From Selaginella moellendorffii (taxonomy: Eukaryota > Plantae > Lycopodiophyta), in contig NW_003314263.1 in NCBI RefSeq assembly GCF_000143415.4, forward strand, positions 2,358,041 through 2,422,040: a DNA stretch of 64,000 nt. Direction: 5' to 3'. The notes beneath the pieces were generated by a model, which was not told the DNA's origin, ran no database searches, and was given only the letters and a program-made list of their open reading frames with translations. The position numbers were made by a program, and so were the translations under genes. Shown piece by piece: positions 32,863 to 46,229 of this stretch. The stretch's first letter is position 1. Every line of letters starts with the position of its first letter.

Positions 32863-35398
32863 TTTTCCAACACATGGCGAACGACGTCTTTCGGGAGTTT
32901 CTTGATCAGATGGTGATCGTCTACCTCGATGACATCCTCATCTACTCAAAAACTCAGGAGGAGCATGACGAACATGTACGCAAGGTGCTAGCGAAGCTGC
33001 GAGAACATGGCCTATACGCGAAGCTTGAGAAATGTTCCTTTGATCAGCAGTCTGTGGAGTTCCTTGGGTACATTATCACTCCTGAGGGTATCACGATGGA
33101 TCCTGCCAAAGTCAAGACTATTCTCGAATGGGAGCCTCCACAATCAATGTCGGACGTTCAGGTTTTCCTTGGCTTCGCCAACTTCTACCGCAAATTCATT
33201 GATCACTACTCTGACATTGTCCTTCCTCTCACACATCTCACTCGCAAGGATGTTCCCTTCTCTTGGTCTGCTGCTACCCAGCAGGCCTTCGACACACTCA
33301 AGGCAGCCTTCAGTTCTGCTCCTGTCTTGATCCATGCTGATTCCTCACAACCTTTCTTCATCGAGGCTAACGCCTCCGACTTTGCCATTGGTGCTGTGCT
33401 GTCTCAACTCGGAGCGGATCACGAACTTCATCCGGTTGCTTTCCATTCTCGGAAATTCCAACCTGCGGAGATCAATTACAAAATCCACGACAAGGAGCTC
33501 CTTGCCATCGTGGATTCCTTTGGAGAGTGGCGCCGTTTCTTGGAGGGGGCGAGCCATCAAACAACAGTCTGGACGGATCACAAAAATCTCGAGTACTTTG
33601 CCACTTCCCGAGTTTTAAGCCGTCGTCAAGCAAGGTGGGCACAATTCCTGAGTCGGTTTGACTTTGTTATCAAGTACAGACCTGGAAAGTTTCAAGGCCT
33701 TCCTGATGCTCTTTCAAGGCACTCCTATCTCAGTCTCAGGCCTGGTAATCCTGCTTTCGATCAACAGGATCAAGTTATCCTCGGTCCTGATCGGCTTCAA
33801 GTTATGGCAATTTCTCTGGCCCCTCAGGACTCCTCCTTGATGGATGCAATCAGAAACGATCTTCAATCCGATGATCTCGCTAGCGACATTTTCCCCCATC
33901 TTCAGGCTGGACACCTAGTGACTCCCGACTGCCGGCGATTTGATGAGTTCGAGTTCTTAGATGGCTTATTGTACCGTGGGGAGCAGCTTTACGTTCCTGA
34001 AGGTGATGCTCGAAGGTTGGTCCTGATGGCGTGCCACGATAGCCCGACTGCTGGTCACTTCAGCATTGCGAAAACCTATGAGCTAGTTGCACGGGACTTT
34101 TGGTGGCCTCACATGGACGACTACATCAAAGCTTTTGTTACCTCCTGTGACACTTGTGCCTGGAATAAGGTACCTCGCCACCTTCCTTCAGGTTTACTTC
34201 GTTCCCTTCCGGTCCCTTCAGGTCCTTGGGAATCCATCTCCATGGATTTCTTGAGTGATCTTCCGAGTTCTGGAGGCTTCAACAGCATTTTAGTCATGGT
34301 GGATCGCTTCACAAAGATGGCGCACTTCTTGCCATGTACCAAGGAGTTTTCGGGCGAGGACATGGCAAAACTGGTATTCAGGGAAATTTTCCGACTTCAT
34401 GGGATTCCTACAGATGTGGTTTCGGATCGGGGGCCTCAGTTCATCTCTCATTTCTGGCAACGGTTTTTGCAGTTGCTTGGAGTGAAGGCCAACCTCTCTT
34501 CGGCATATCATCCTCAAACTGATGGGCAGTCCGAGCGAACGATTCAGACGTTGGAACAATTCTTGAGGTGCTTCATCAACTATCATCAAGATAACTGGTT
34601 CGATATCCTTCCCCTTGCTGAGTTCTCCTATAACAACTCTGTTCACTCCTCTCTTCGAGTTTCCCCTTTCTTTGCGAACTCTGGCCGAAATCCCCGATTC
34701 AATCTCTCACTTCCTTCTCCATCTGAATCCTCTTGTTCAAATCCCCGCTCTGAGGCATTTATCTCCAACCTCCAAGAAATCCACAACTCCATCTCCTTCC
34801 ACCTCCATCGTGCTTAGGAATCTCATAAAACATTTGCCAATGTCCATCGTCAGGATTGTCCCCCTTACAATATCGGGGATAAAGTTTGGCTCCTCAGGCG
34901 AAATATCTCCACCACCAGGCCCTGTCCAAAACTCGATTTCAAACGCCTTGGTCCTTTCCCTATCACTGCCATCATTAATCCTATGACTTATCGCCTTGCA
35001 CTTCCCTCCTCATATCAAATTCACCCCGTTTTTCACTCCTCTCTCCTTAAGCCTTATATTCCCAGTCCTATTCCAAATCGGGTCATTCCTCTGCCTCCAC
35101 CAGTGCAGCTCGAGGATGGGTTTGAGTACGAGGTTCAGGACATCCTTGATTCCAAGATTTCGCGGTCTAAACTCTACTATCTCGTGGACTGGAAGGGTTA
35201 TGGACCTGAGGAACGCACTTGGGAACCTGCGGACAACCTGATTCATTCTCCTGACCTTGTTCAGGACTTCCACCGCCGCTATCCTTCTCATCCCAGTCCT
35301 CATTCTTTTTCTCCATCTCCCATCCCTTGCCGCTCATCTCATCCTCCTCTTCGTTCTCGTTCACATCCTCGTTCCACTCGTTCTTGAGGAGGGGGTGC

Positions 35399-35785
35399 TG
35401 TCAGGAATCCCCCAATTCTTGCCACATTCCTAACTCTCGCCGGGTTTCTGACTTGCAGACCACATTCCTAACTCTCGAGACACTTCCCTATTCCTGACTC
35501 TCGAGACACTTCCCTATTCCTGACTCTTGAGACACTTCCCGATTCCTGAGTCTCGAGCCACATTCCTGATGATGATGTGGCGCCTCCTCGACCTCAGCTA
35601 TATTTAGGCCGTCCTCGATCCAAGAGTGGTGGAGCTTCATCAACCTATAGTATATATAGGTTAGCCTTGTTCCATTTCTCCACAATCTGAATCAACGCCA
35701 GTCTAAGGCCTCTTCTTTGTTTCCACTAGCTTTTCTCTTTGTCTTTTTGCATTTTCCAGTCTTGATCTTGTCAGGAGTCTTGATA
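35399..35785 (+). repeat. 3' LTR of element D
   Basis: Direct repeat of 22543-22903. Confidence 0.95.
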
Positions 35786-37145
35786 GAGCGTGCCGCAATC
35801 CAAGATGAAGTGGCTTCTATGGCCACATACAGCTAGAAGCATGTAGAGTGAGGAGATTTGTTTGCTCCATTAATGAGTGTCTAGATGCTTGTTCTGTGCA
35901 AGCCAAACCAACTGAAGAAAAGAGTTGTAATGTTGTTAGATTTGCCACAAGTCTTATGCTATGATGGTTCAAGCTGTATCTTTTGTTTCCAACATCCAAA
36001 AAGTTTAATTTTTATTGCGTTGTATTGTGTGTATAGTGTGGAAATGATGAAAAACTTAGATTGGGTATTTGTGATAATGAAATGTAGTGACTATAAAAGT
36101 GAATAGAGTGATGATTTGTGAATGTAACTGGATGGAAATGAAGAAGAGGATATGTTTCTGAAAGTGATAGAGATAAAAATGTGGAAATAAAGGGAAAAGT
36201 TGGAAGATGAACGAGCTTTCGGACGAGTGGAGTTAAGGCCACCCTGAGGTTGGAATCTAAGCTTTAGCTTGTGTCTACAATAGGATATGGCCTAGAAGGA
36301 CATGAGAAACAAGTGAAAACAAAGAAAAAAAAAAATAAAAGATTGAAAACCCAAAAAGAGGAGAGAATTCACCACTAGTGAAGTAAGTAGTGAGTTGAAC
36401 TTTGCTTGAGTCTTATCATGAAAAAGTTTGCTTTTGGAGGGTGAAGGGAATCCTAAAGAAAGCCCTGGATTCCATAGAAAGTTGAATTGAAGTTAGGCAT
36501 GATGATCCAAAACTTATGGTGTTGAGAGAATCTAGGACCACAAAAGATGTTGATATAAGACTTGGAGCATGATTTCTGGCTGTGCTGGCTGCTCCTAGAT
36601 GGGGAATGTTATGTTGTTAAAGAGGAGAAAGTCACCCCAACTGTTTATAGAAGTTTGGTGGGTGAACAAAGTATCGATGCCTGGGAAAGCTACCACAAAA
36701 TCAAATGTGTTGTATGGCTATGGTTAGACTAGATCTATGTGATGAGAATGGTGTCTATGAAGGCTCTTGTGTTTTCTTTTTTAACAAGGCTTTCATGTTG
36801 GCTATCAAGTGCTTGAAGATGGATCAATTTCAATTTAGCTTCAAGTACCAAAATTAAACTTTTACAAACTTCAAAGCATGTCTATTATGAACATGCCAGC
36901 AAGAAGAAAAAGTTGAGCATTGCTACAAGAATGTTTAAACAATTGTCTAATAATGACAACCCACCTATGGAGAAAGGTGGGGCTACAGTCATGGTTGGCG
37001 AATAGATATTAAGATTGCCACTATGGTTGTGAACTAATAAAAGAATGGTTCTTTATCACTTAAGTTTTTCTTTTTACAAAACTGGTCAGTTTTAATTATA
37101 TTTTTTGATAAAAACATATGAGAAAAGCAAAGGAAAAAACTAAAA

Positions 37146-38937
37146 GCAATTAAAAGAAAAGTACAAGTATTAAAATAATAGAAATCTAGATAAATCAAAA
37201 AGGAAAAAGGTTAGATTGAACAAAATAAGAAAAATCTTTAAAAAAAGGTATAAATTTTTAATTAGCATATATATAGTTATTGCAAATAATTTTAATAATG
37301 TCATAGATCTCAAAATTTTAGGGATGATGGTCTACCAAGATTTAGTACCTCCATATTTTGTTTCTTAATAAATAACACATTCTATTTCTTTCCCTTTAAG
37401 CCAATTGAAAAAGGGGCACCTCCATTTCCACACTGAATCTACTAATCCTTTTATTGTATAGACTAGTTGTTCCATATGAGACAACTAATCATCCATTTCT
37501 GCATTGAATCTACCACATTGGATCTACCAATCCTTCTATTATATAAATTAGTTATTCCATGTGAGGCAACTAATCATCCATTTTTGCACTGAATCTACCA
37601 ATCCTTTTATTGTATAGACTAGTTATTCCATGTGAGGAAGAATATACATATAGATGCCTAATACATACATAAGAGTAGGAATATATTTTATTCAAGGGTA
37701 TATTATATTTTTAAGTAGCCATTAATCAATGGAAATCAAACCTATGCCATTTTCTCTGATATCACATATAACACACTTTATCTCTCTCCCCTTAAACTAA
37801 CTAAAAAAGAGGCAATTACTTAATAAAAGAGCCCTTAGTGGCTATTTTATCCCCATTTATCCCCTAAGGTTTTAAAGATCCATGATAATAGTATATTCAA
37901 ATCTCATCTTATGATTACATGCACTACATTGACCTTCCTATGAAGTTTAAAATTTATTAAATTGAAGGTTTTTGTTTTAAGATGCTCTGAGATTATAACA
38001 TGACAAGAAAGGCTACTACAGAACTATTGATTTCGATCTAGGCAATTAAAAGAAAAGTACAAGTATTAAAATAATAGAAATCTAGATAAATCAAAAAGGA
38101 AAAAGGTTAGATTGAACAAAATAAGAAAAATCTTTAAAAAAAGGTATAAATTTTTAATTAGCATATATATAGTTATTGCAAATAATTTTAATAATGTCAT
38201 AGATCTCAAAATTTTAGGGATGATGGTCTACCAAGATTTAGTACCTCCATATTTTGTTTCTTAATAAATAACACATTCTATTTATTTCCCTTTAAGCCAA
38301 TTGAAAAAGGGGCACCTCCATTTCCACACTGAATCTACTAATCCTTTTATTGTATAGACTAGTTGTTCCATATGAGACAACTAATCATCCATTTCTGCAT
38401 TGAATCTACCACATTGGATCTACCAATCCTTCTATTATATAAATTAGTTATTCCATGTGAGGCAACTAATCATCCATTTTTGCACTGAATCTACCAATCC
38501 TTTTATTGTATAGACTAGTTATTCCATGTGAGGAAGAATATACATATAGATGCCTAATACATACATAAGAGTAGGAATATATTTTATTCAAGGGTATATT
38601 ATATTTTTAAGTAGCCATTAATCAATGGAAATCAAACCTATGCCATTTTCTCTGATATCACATATAACACACTTTATCTCTCTCCCCTTAAACTAACTAA
38701 AAAAGAGGCAATTACTTAATAAAAGAGCCCTTAGTGGCTATTTTATCCCCATTTATCCCCTAAGGTTTTAAAGATCCATGATAATAGTATATTCAAATCT
38801 CATCTTATGATTACATGCACTACATTGACCTTCCTATGAAGTTTAAAATTTATTAAATTGAAGGTTTTTGTTTTAAGATGCTCTGAGATTATAACATGAC
38901 AAGAAAGGCTACTACAGAACTATTGATTTCGATCTAG
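37146..38937. repeat. Near-perfect 896-bp tandem duplication (37146-38041, 38042-38937) with internal ~70-bp subrepeats
   Basis: Both copies run GCAATTAAAAGAAAAG...TTCGATCTAG; I saw only about one substitution. Confidence 0.93.
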
Positions 38938-39046
38938 CCAAGCTAAAAATATGAATTTTTAGTCAAAATGTTCTCATAATTTCTTATTCAGAGTAATTAT
39001 ATTTCAGCTTGGCTAGATCAAGATTCTGCAATAACCTTTCTTGTCA
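38897..39046. repeat. Imperfect inverted repeat (foldback/MITE-like)
   Basis: TGACAAGAAAGG...GATCTAGCCAAGCT(A)AAA versus TTTCAGCTTGGCTAGATC...CCTTTCTTGTCA. Confidence 0.6.
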
Positions 39047-39607
39047 CATAAAATAAACAAATAAAATAAACATGGAGGTGGGTAAATGAGATAGTATCTC
39101 ATGTTGAACTGCGTAGCCAGCCTCTCTATGCCAATAGTCCTAAAAAATTACATTTTTAGCTTGGCTAGATCTAGATACTGATAATTCTGCAGCCTTGGAG
39201 TGTCTGAAGAAAAGAACCTTCAATCACTGGTTATTTATATAACTGGGGAAAATGCCTGTGATTGTAAAACTTATAGAAGTCAAACCACATCAGTTCCTTA
39301 TCATTATATTTAACCACACTAGTAAACCCTGCTAATTGATAGTGCCATAACTATAATACAAAATCGTTAGATATTGAAACTCTTTACTGTTTCAATATCC
39401 AACAGTAAGAGCTGCCAGAGTACTAAAGAAACATTGAGTTATCCGAGTCTTATTGAAAAAGGGATCAACATTGCTAAATATTCTAACTACCATCATGTTG
39501 TGACAAGATTAATAAAACGTGCCCGCAAGGTACTAAGGCCCAATTTCCACTATCAATAAAAACTTTTAGCAAATCAATTGCATCTTGGAAGGTCTGCATT
39601 CGAAGCT

Positions 39608-41414
39608 ATGGTGAGTTTTTTGAGCGGCAGCTTGAAATATGTCTCATCAAGCAACGCAGGAAATGGAGAGCAATGCACAAACCCACCTGTATGCTCAAAA
39701 CGGAACTCTGGATTTTTTGGGCCAGCCTGCTCTGAAGAAGGAAACTGGAAACTGGACCGGAGCGATCCCTATGATCTGTCAAGTTTCTCCAACTGTTTGC
39801 AAAGCTTTCAGTGTCTTGACTTTGCTAGTGTGTTGCAGTCATCCAAGTAGTTGCGACGGTCATCTTCTTCGGCATAATCTCCAACCTGCTGACATGTTAT
39901 GCATCGAGATGTTTCTCAATCCGCAAGTGACGCTAACAATTTGCAGGGCACTTACTTTCTCTCCTCAGTTCTTGGGGCTTTTCTCTCCGACACATACTGG
40001 GGCCGCTACAGGACGCTGCTGTACTCTTTCGTGCTCTATGGCGTGGTGAGTACTTGAAATTCTATCTGCAAAAGTAGCTTTACCAACACCAATCCAAAAA
40101 CAAAAACTGAAAAACTTACCAGGGATTGACATGCAACACCATCTCCGCATCCCTCAAGAACTTGCGGCTTACAAGCTGCCCGGCTCAAAGCCCCACTTGC
40201 CAGCAAGCATCGCCCGGGCTGAATGCTTTCCTCTTCCTCTCGCTCTACGCACTTCGCAGGTGGAAGCTACCACCTCATTCGTGTCCTTCGGAGCCGACCA
40301 GTTTGACAACTTCATCGTCTGGGGCATTCACATCGGAGGCTTGGTTTCCGTCACCATGATCGTATACATTGAAGATCACGTCGGTTTCTCGTGGGGATTT
40401 GGCCTTCTCGGCCTTATCCTTGCGGTATCCATAGCTCTGTTCCTCATCCAGACCACCAGATACCGGTACCGTAGGCCCGAAGGAAGCCCCCTTACGAAAA
40501 TGGTGCAAGTCACGGTAGCAGCTTTCAGCAAGCGTAACGTCGTTGCACCATCCCTGAAGAACAGTCGATTGCCAAAGGGAAAAGACACATTCCACACACT
40601 AACCAGTTCCGGTGAGTGACTGTAGCTCTCGACTTTTCCCTGTTCTTAGCTTCGTTCGTGACAAGGCAGCACTGAAGCTCGATACCGACATGGAGATGGA
40701 GTCTTCCACGACGAAAACCAGCCCCTGGAAGCTTTCCACCGTGACCCGAGTCGAGGAAGTCAAGCTCGTCATACGAATGCTCCCAATCTGGTTGGCAACG
40801 CTCTGGTTTAGCATTGCTCCATCTCAGTCCGCCACCTTCCTCCGCCAAGGAATGGCTATGGACAACCGGCTTGGAAGCACCATCCCGCCAGCAACCTCAC
40901 CGTGGTCCTCTTCCTCCCACTCTACGACCGTATCATCGTCCCAACCATAAGAAAGTTCTCCGGGAACGAGCGTGGCATCACCTTGCTCCAGAGAAGCGGG
41001 CTGGGAATCTTCATCGCCGCCATCGGCCTGGGCATCGCAGCGCTGATGGAAATCAAGAGAAAAGCCTGGATGAATCCCACCACCACCGTCACGATCTTCT
41101 GGCTGGTGCCGCACTACGTGGTGCTGGGCATAGCGGAGGGCCTCACAAACTCAAGCCAGCTGGAATTCTTCCACGAGCAATCGCCCGACACCTTCCACAG
41201 CCTGGGCACGTCCCTGGCGCTCGCGAACCTGGGTGTGGGGAGCTTCTTGAGCATTCCCTGCGTCAATCGCGCGGCGCCGTCGTGGCTCCGGAACGGTGTG
41301 AATTCCGGGCATCTGGAGCGCTACTACTGGCTGATCTTGGGGCTGAGCCTCGTGAATCTGGCGATCTTTGTGCCGGTCGCGCGCTGGTACTCGTACAAGA
41401 GCCCTGATCCCTAA
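39608..41414 (+). pseudogene. NPF/PTR transporter pseudogene, paralog of 48687-50702
   Basis: Same exon layout (ATG-only first exon) and long identical stretches, but with deletions and frameshifts. Confidence 0.88.
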
Positions 41415-41699
41415 GCTCTAAGAACCCTAAAATGCCCACTTAAAAATCAATTTTTCTTTTACCTTTAAATGTAGTTTAATGTCTCATAAAACTTTAACAC
41501 TGCCCATTAAATTAGTTCTTCTACTTAGGGTCTTTTAGCAAGACAAGAAACCAAAAGCCTACCTTGCTCGGAACCAATTTTAAAATAAACCATTTTTTTA
41601 GGGTAGTTTAACCATATGTTTAAGAAACTTTTTACTAGTCAATTGTTGGCAATTGCCCCTCTGTTTAGTTCTAGTCGAGTTACATCATTATCGTCTTCT

Positions 41700-42650
41700 A
41701 CCATGTTTTTTGTGTTTAGTCCAAGAGCTCGCATTTCTTCATTGACATTAGTGTCTCCAATGTAAATTAGAAAATTATGCAAAATGCAGCAGGAAAAAAA
41801 ACAAAAGAAGAATGAAGCTAGGACATAGCTTTAAGCAAATGAAATACACATTCTACAAATTGGTCTTCCTTTTGAGAGCTCTTTGTTGTAGAAGCGCTTG
41901 GTTTCATTGAGATCTACTGATTATGGAGAAATGGTCATAATCCACAGACAGCACAATTAGCCTTTGTCACAAAGTAGGTACCATGGGAGTGATCTAAATG
42001 TAGAAGTTGAGGTATAGATTGCAGATTTTCGGAGTACACCAACCATGGCGCTACTGCAAGTATAGCCAATAGCAATCCTTCTTCCACTACAGTTCTGCTT
42101 TAGTTGTTCGTGCATCAAGAGATCCAAGACACCTTAAATCCAAGTATCAAGAGTAGCCACAAAAATTGAATGATTTCTTTAGGAGTAGCAACAGCAATGG
42201 TGAATGGTTTATTAGTTTTTCCATTTCAAGCCCAAAGTTTTGCTTTGCTTTGGGAAGAACACTTTCTCCATTCCTTGGAAGGGCCAGTTGTTCCAAATTC
42301 TTGTGGTTGCCAAGGATTTTCTATGAGGAGCAACATGTGTTGGAAGAACTTAAGCACACTTTTAGAATTTCAAAGTAGCTTGCATTATAGAGAAGCTTGT
42401 AGTGGGCAAATCAATCTGATCAATCCACATTAAAGAATTGAAATTGATACTAAAAACTGACATACCCTAATCAATTGATTTGTTCTAGGTGGCACTATTG
42501 CCCAACAATTGCACTCTTTGAGTTTTCCTTTACTAGCAAAGATGCATGTAAAATCATTTTAGCCCCATTAAGGAGCATTTGTGCAGCATCTTGCTCAAAT
42601 ATCAAGAAAACAATACCAAGAAGTGGAAAAAGAGCTTACACCACCATTAA
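41700..42650 (-). mobile_element. Decayed PIF/Harbinger (HARBI1-like DDE_Tnp_4) transposase remnant
   Basis: Minus-strand fragments GSAMVGVLRKSAIY, YLLCDKG, FYNKELSK, VECVF and CCILHNF follow the Harbinger nuclease motif order; many stops. Boundaries approximate. Confidence 0.65.
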
Positions 42651-45600
42651 CACAAATTGTAAATGAATAACAAATGGTGAATATGTCAAATAATACACAT
42701 GAAAAGGAGGTTTGTTACTTCTTGGCTATGTGTATTAATTATGATTAACTTGTATGGCTTTGTAGCCTACATCCACACTAGTAGAAGCCATTGCTATTAT
42801 GGCTGCCACAATATACATGACAAGGTATATCAACTCTTTAGCTTGTATATATTACATACTATAATTTTATTTGGCTTTATAAGAAACATTGGCACAACTG
42901 CAAGACAATCAAATATTCTAGCAAATGTTTCTTACATCTGAGGTTTGTTTAATTTTTATCCAAAGTTAACAACAACTACATATTTTCTTAATACTTTTGT
43001 AGGGATCAAAAGAAGCAAGTGATATTGTATAAGAGACTGTTATTGTTGTGTATGAGGTGAAAGAAACAATGTGAGAATCTAAAATTGTTTCTAGCCCCTC
43101 TCACGTTGCATTTTCCATTGTAGCCACAGTAGAAGAATATTGATAGTAGTGCACAAAAATAATTAACAACTATCATTAAAGAAATATCACTATAAGTAGT
43201 TTCATTTCTTTATTTAAACTGGAAAAATACCTATAAGAACTTTAAAGCTTAACATAATAACCTTAAAACAAATAATGAAACTATTATTAGGATTGGAGCC
43301 TTTTTTTACCAACATGAAGTAATACTATAAGAGTGAGAAACATATATACCAATTACTAAATACCAAAAAAATTAAAATAAAAAAGGTATTAAAGTACTTT
43401 GTTGAACAAATTGTGAAATTCTGACAATTAATCCTTTCTAAAAAAGCTTGGTCCACAAATACCTGGGACTATAATATTATAACAGTAATAGATTAGTTAC
43501 TAGAAAAATATATATATATCTATAACTATATTTTATAAAATGTATTATTAACCAATATATATATGCAACAAAATATGTAAATTGTGCTAAAAACTAGGTG
43601 CATACAAAGACCAAAACATTATTCTAAAAATTACTGTCTTCAATAGTCACATAAATAGTTTCAAAACTATATCTATATCAGTGAATCATATATACTTACT
43701 TTTACTCCCAAGTTGCTCCTTAACCATATTAAAAACTACACTAGTAATCACTCCTAGAGTGATTGTTAAATAGGACATGAATTATACTAAAAACTAACAA
43801 AAGAACCATGTGTGAAATCATTTATGTCGTGGTCCCAAACCAGAGCAATTAAAAAACCATTTCCAAAACTAGAAAAGTGGCATATAGATTTTTCTTAGAC
43901 AACTGGTTATACACAAAAACCATATTGACAGGTGTGCTATGTTACCATGGCTAAAACTAATTTATAAATAACTCAGGGAAGTTAGAAGAAATGATGAGAT
44001 CAACAGAAAAATCACATTAAGTATCACCAGAGGCTGCAATTTACTTAAGCCACATTAATAACAATAACAATTCATATATAAGCTATGCTTTAGGAATGAG
44101 TAAACATTTTTCTCCTTCTAAGTGGCAATAGAATCCATGGTTTTGCCTAATATTCTTATTTAATAATGTTTTTACATTTACACATCCAATATGAGTATTA
44201 AATTTAGTTTCCTACCAAATGTTCAATTTGTGTTATAAGAAAATAATCTCTTGTAATTGAAGATAAGTAAATAAAAAGCAGTTAGGTTTCTGTAAACAAT
44301 GTAATACTACTATTTTATTTTCATTATATTATAAAATATTACCATCTTTTTGAGCTATAAGAAAGTAGAAACCATAATGCTCAATAGTATTAGGTGATGT
44401 TTTAAAGAAATTTTTCTCAGAATAAAGAGAAACTTAACAATTTGATTGTAAAATTAAACCATTCTTTCCATTTGGATTGGTCTGATAAGATTATTTTGTA
44501 AAGAAGCATTTAAAGATTTCAAGTTATTACAACTTTTATATGAAGGTATAAATGTATCCAAGAAATGTGTATCAATAATTATAAACACTTCCTAGATATA
44601 TAATCTAGACATAGTTTAAATAACTCTTTAATACCTGTTCTTAATCTATTTTCAGTGATTGTACTTAGAGGATATATGATACGATCAGGAGTAGTCAAAT
44701 ATAATCTTCTAAGTTGTAGTTTTCATATAATTTATTGGATATATGGGACTACTCCAGTTTTAATTTGTGATGTAAGAAAATTAAAATTATCAAGATCTAT
44801 CAGCTAAAGAGTTATGTCTAAGTTACTTCTATTGATACTGCATGTTCAATAAAATATACAATAATATTGATTACAAATAATTATTTTACAAATAATAAAT
44901 TTTTATAAACTACATAATCATTTTCTAAAATTTCAATATTTTTTATTTCTTCCAAATTACTGTATTTTTAAATATTATTTTCAAAAGAATATTATTCTAG
45001 AAAAAGTCCAGGTCACATCAAGTGGCTTGCAGCAACATAAGGTTGTGAAGATCTATGTACCAAGTATCACAAATACCAAAGACCATGATGAATACAATAG
45101 CAACAGCACTTGGTTTGCTTAATAATAATTTTTACTAATCCAATTGATAAAATAGAAGTTTATAATTATATAATATTTATAATTTATAAACACAAGATTA
45201 ATTTTATTGAATATCAACCATTAGAGAATATACTAAAAAGTGTTAAGGAAATTTTCTAAATTATAAATAGGTTTATAAAATATAAATACAAGAGTAATCT
45301 AAATGAACAACAACTGTTAGATGGTAAAATGTCCTAGAATATTTAAGTATATTCTAAATATATCTACTACTCCCAATATACTATGAAAATTCATTGGAGA
45401 TGCTTTTGTTTTTGTGATTGAAAGCCTTTGTCACCAGCTGGTGACATGGAGATCAGAGTACTTGTAAAAGCAGAGGTGCGCTACATCCAAGAGATCCAAG
45501 AGAGGATGTAACCAGCAAATCCAAAACTGCCCTTAGAAGTTGACGAACTATCAATCTGGATGAGATCAATCCGGAAGTGTAATTTTAGCAACCCCTTTCC

Positions 45601-46229
45601 TCTACAAATATCCCCGCCCTCGCGGTAATCGTGGAAAGTCGACAAGAGTGGGCTCCCTCCAGGTAACGCGATCAAAGCAAAGAAAAATCCCCATTCCCAT
45701 CTCATTCCCATTCCTTTCTCATGCCGACATATCATTTCGATTTTCAATGCAAAGTCGCTGCGTGGCTGTCGATTCACTCTCTCAGGTTTGTTTAATCTCC
45801 ATGCCGGGTTGATCGCAAAAAACGACCCCGCCGCCGTCCTTGTTTGACACTTGCTTACACGCACACGAGTCAACACATAAAGGTCCCCGTACGCTTTTCT
45901 TATCGCTTTCTTTGGCTTGTTGATTTCCTTCGCTTTGATTTCCTCCCGGTTTTCTTCCCTGTTTGCGTGCTTGTTTTTTTTCTTCCAAAACGGGTGGGTG
46001 TGTGTGGTGTTTATTACGAGACAGTCAGTCTGATCTCTTTCACATATGGACCCCTGCGCCGCGCGCCTCTATACTCTCCCAAAGTCTCCACAATTTATGG
46101 TCGCTTATAAAAGCTTGCACGACTTCTCTGCCTCCTCGCGCACAACCATCTCTCCTCTCCCCAATTCCTCGCCTGGTCGAATGTGATCGCTTCTTGGGCT
46201 GTGCTGCGACGACCTTCCTGACCCGATCC

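Larger units (their letters stand above)
23950..35387 (+). pseudogene. Element D pol (PR-RT split by element C; RH-INT-chromodomain), inactivated
   Basis: LLDSGAT; NAPAVF|QHMANDVF rejoined after removing C; YLDDILIY; IEANASD (D>N); premature TAG at 34815; EYEVQDIL...VDWKGYG...TWEP. Confidence 0.9.
22543..35785 (+). mobile_element. Element D: Tcn1/Tf1-like chromovirus LTR retrotransposon; hosts element C
   Basis: LTRs 22543-22903 (361 bp) and 35399-35785 (387 bp, one extra 26-bp unit, ends TA); TSD GAGCG at 22538-22542 and 35786-35790; PPT GAGGAGGGGG at 35386-35395; separate gag and pol frames; chromodomain. Confidence 0.95.

Noticed and set aside
32841-32867. ATG start of the 658-aa ORF
   Set aside because: The start lies in C's LTR; the ORF is the downstream half of D's interrupted pol.
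45394-45405. Tourist/Harbinger-like terminus TTGGAGATGCT
   Set aside because: No matching opposite terminus found, so element ends were not called.
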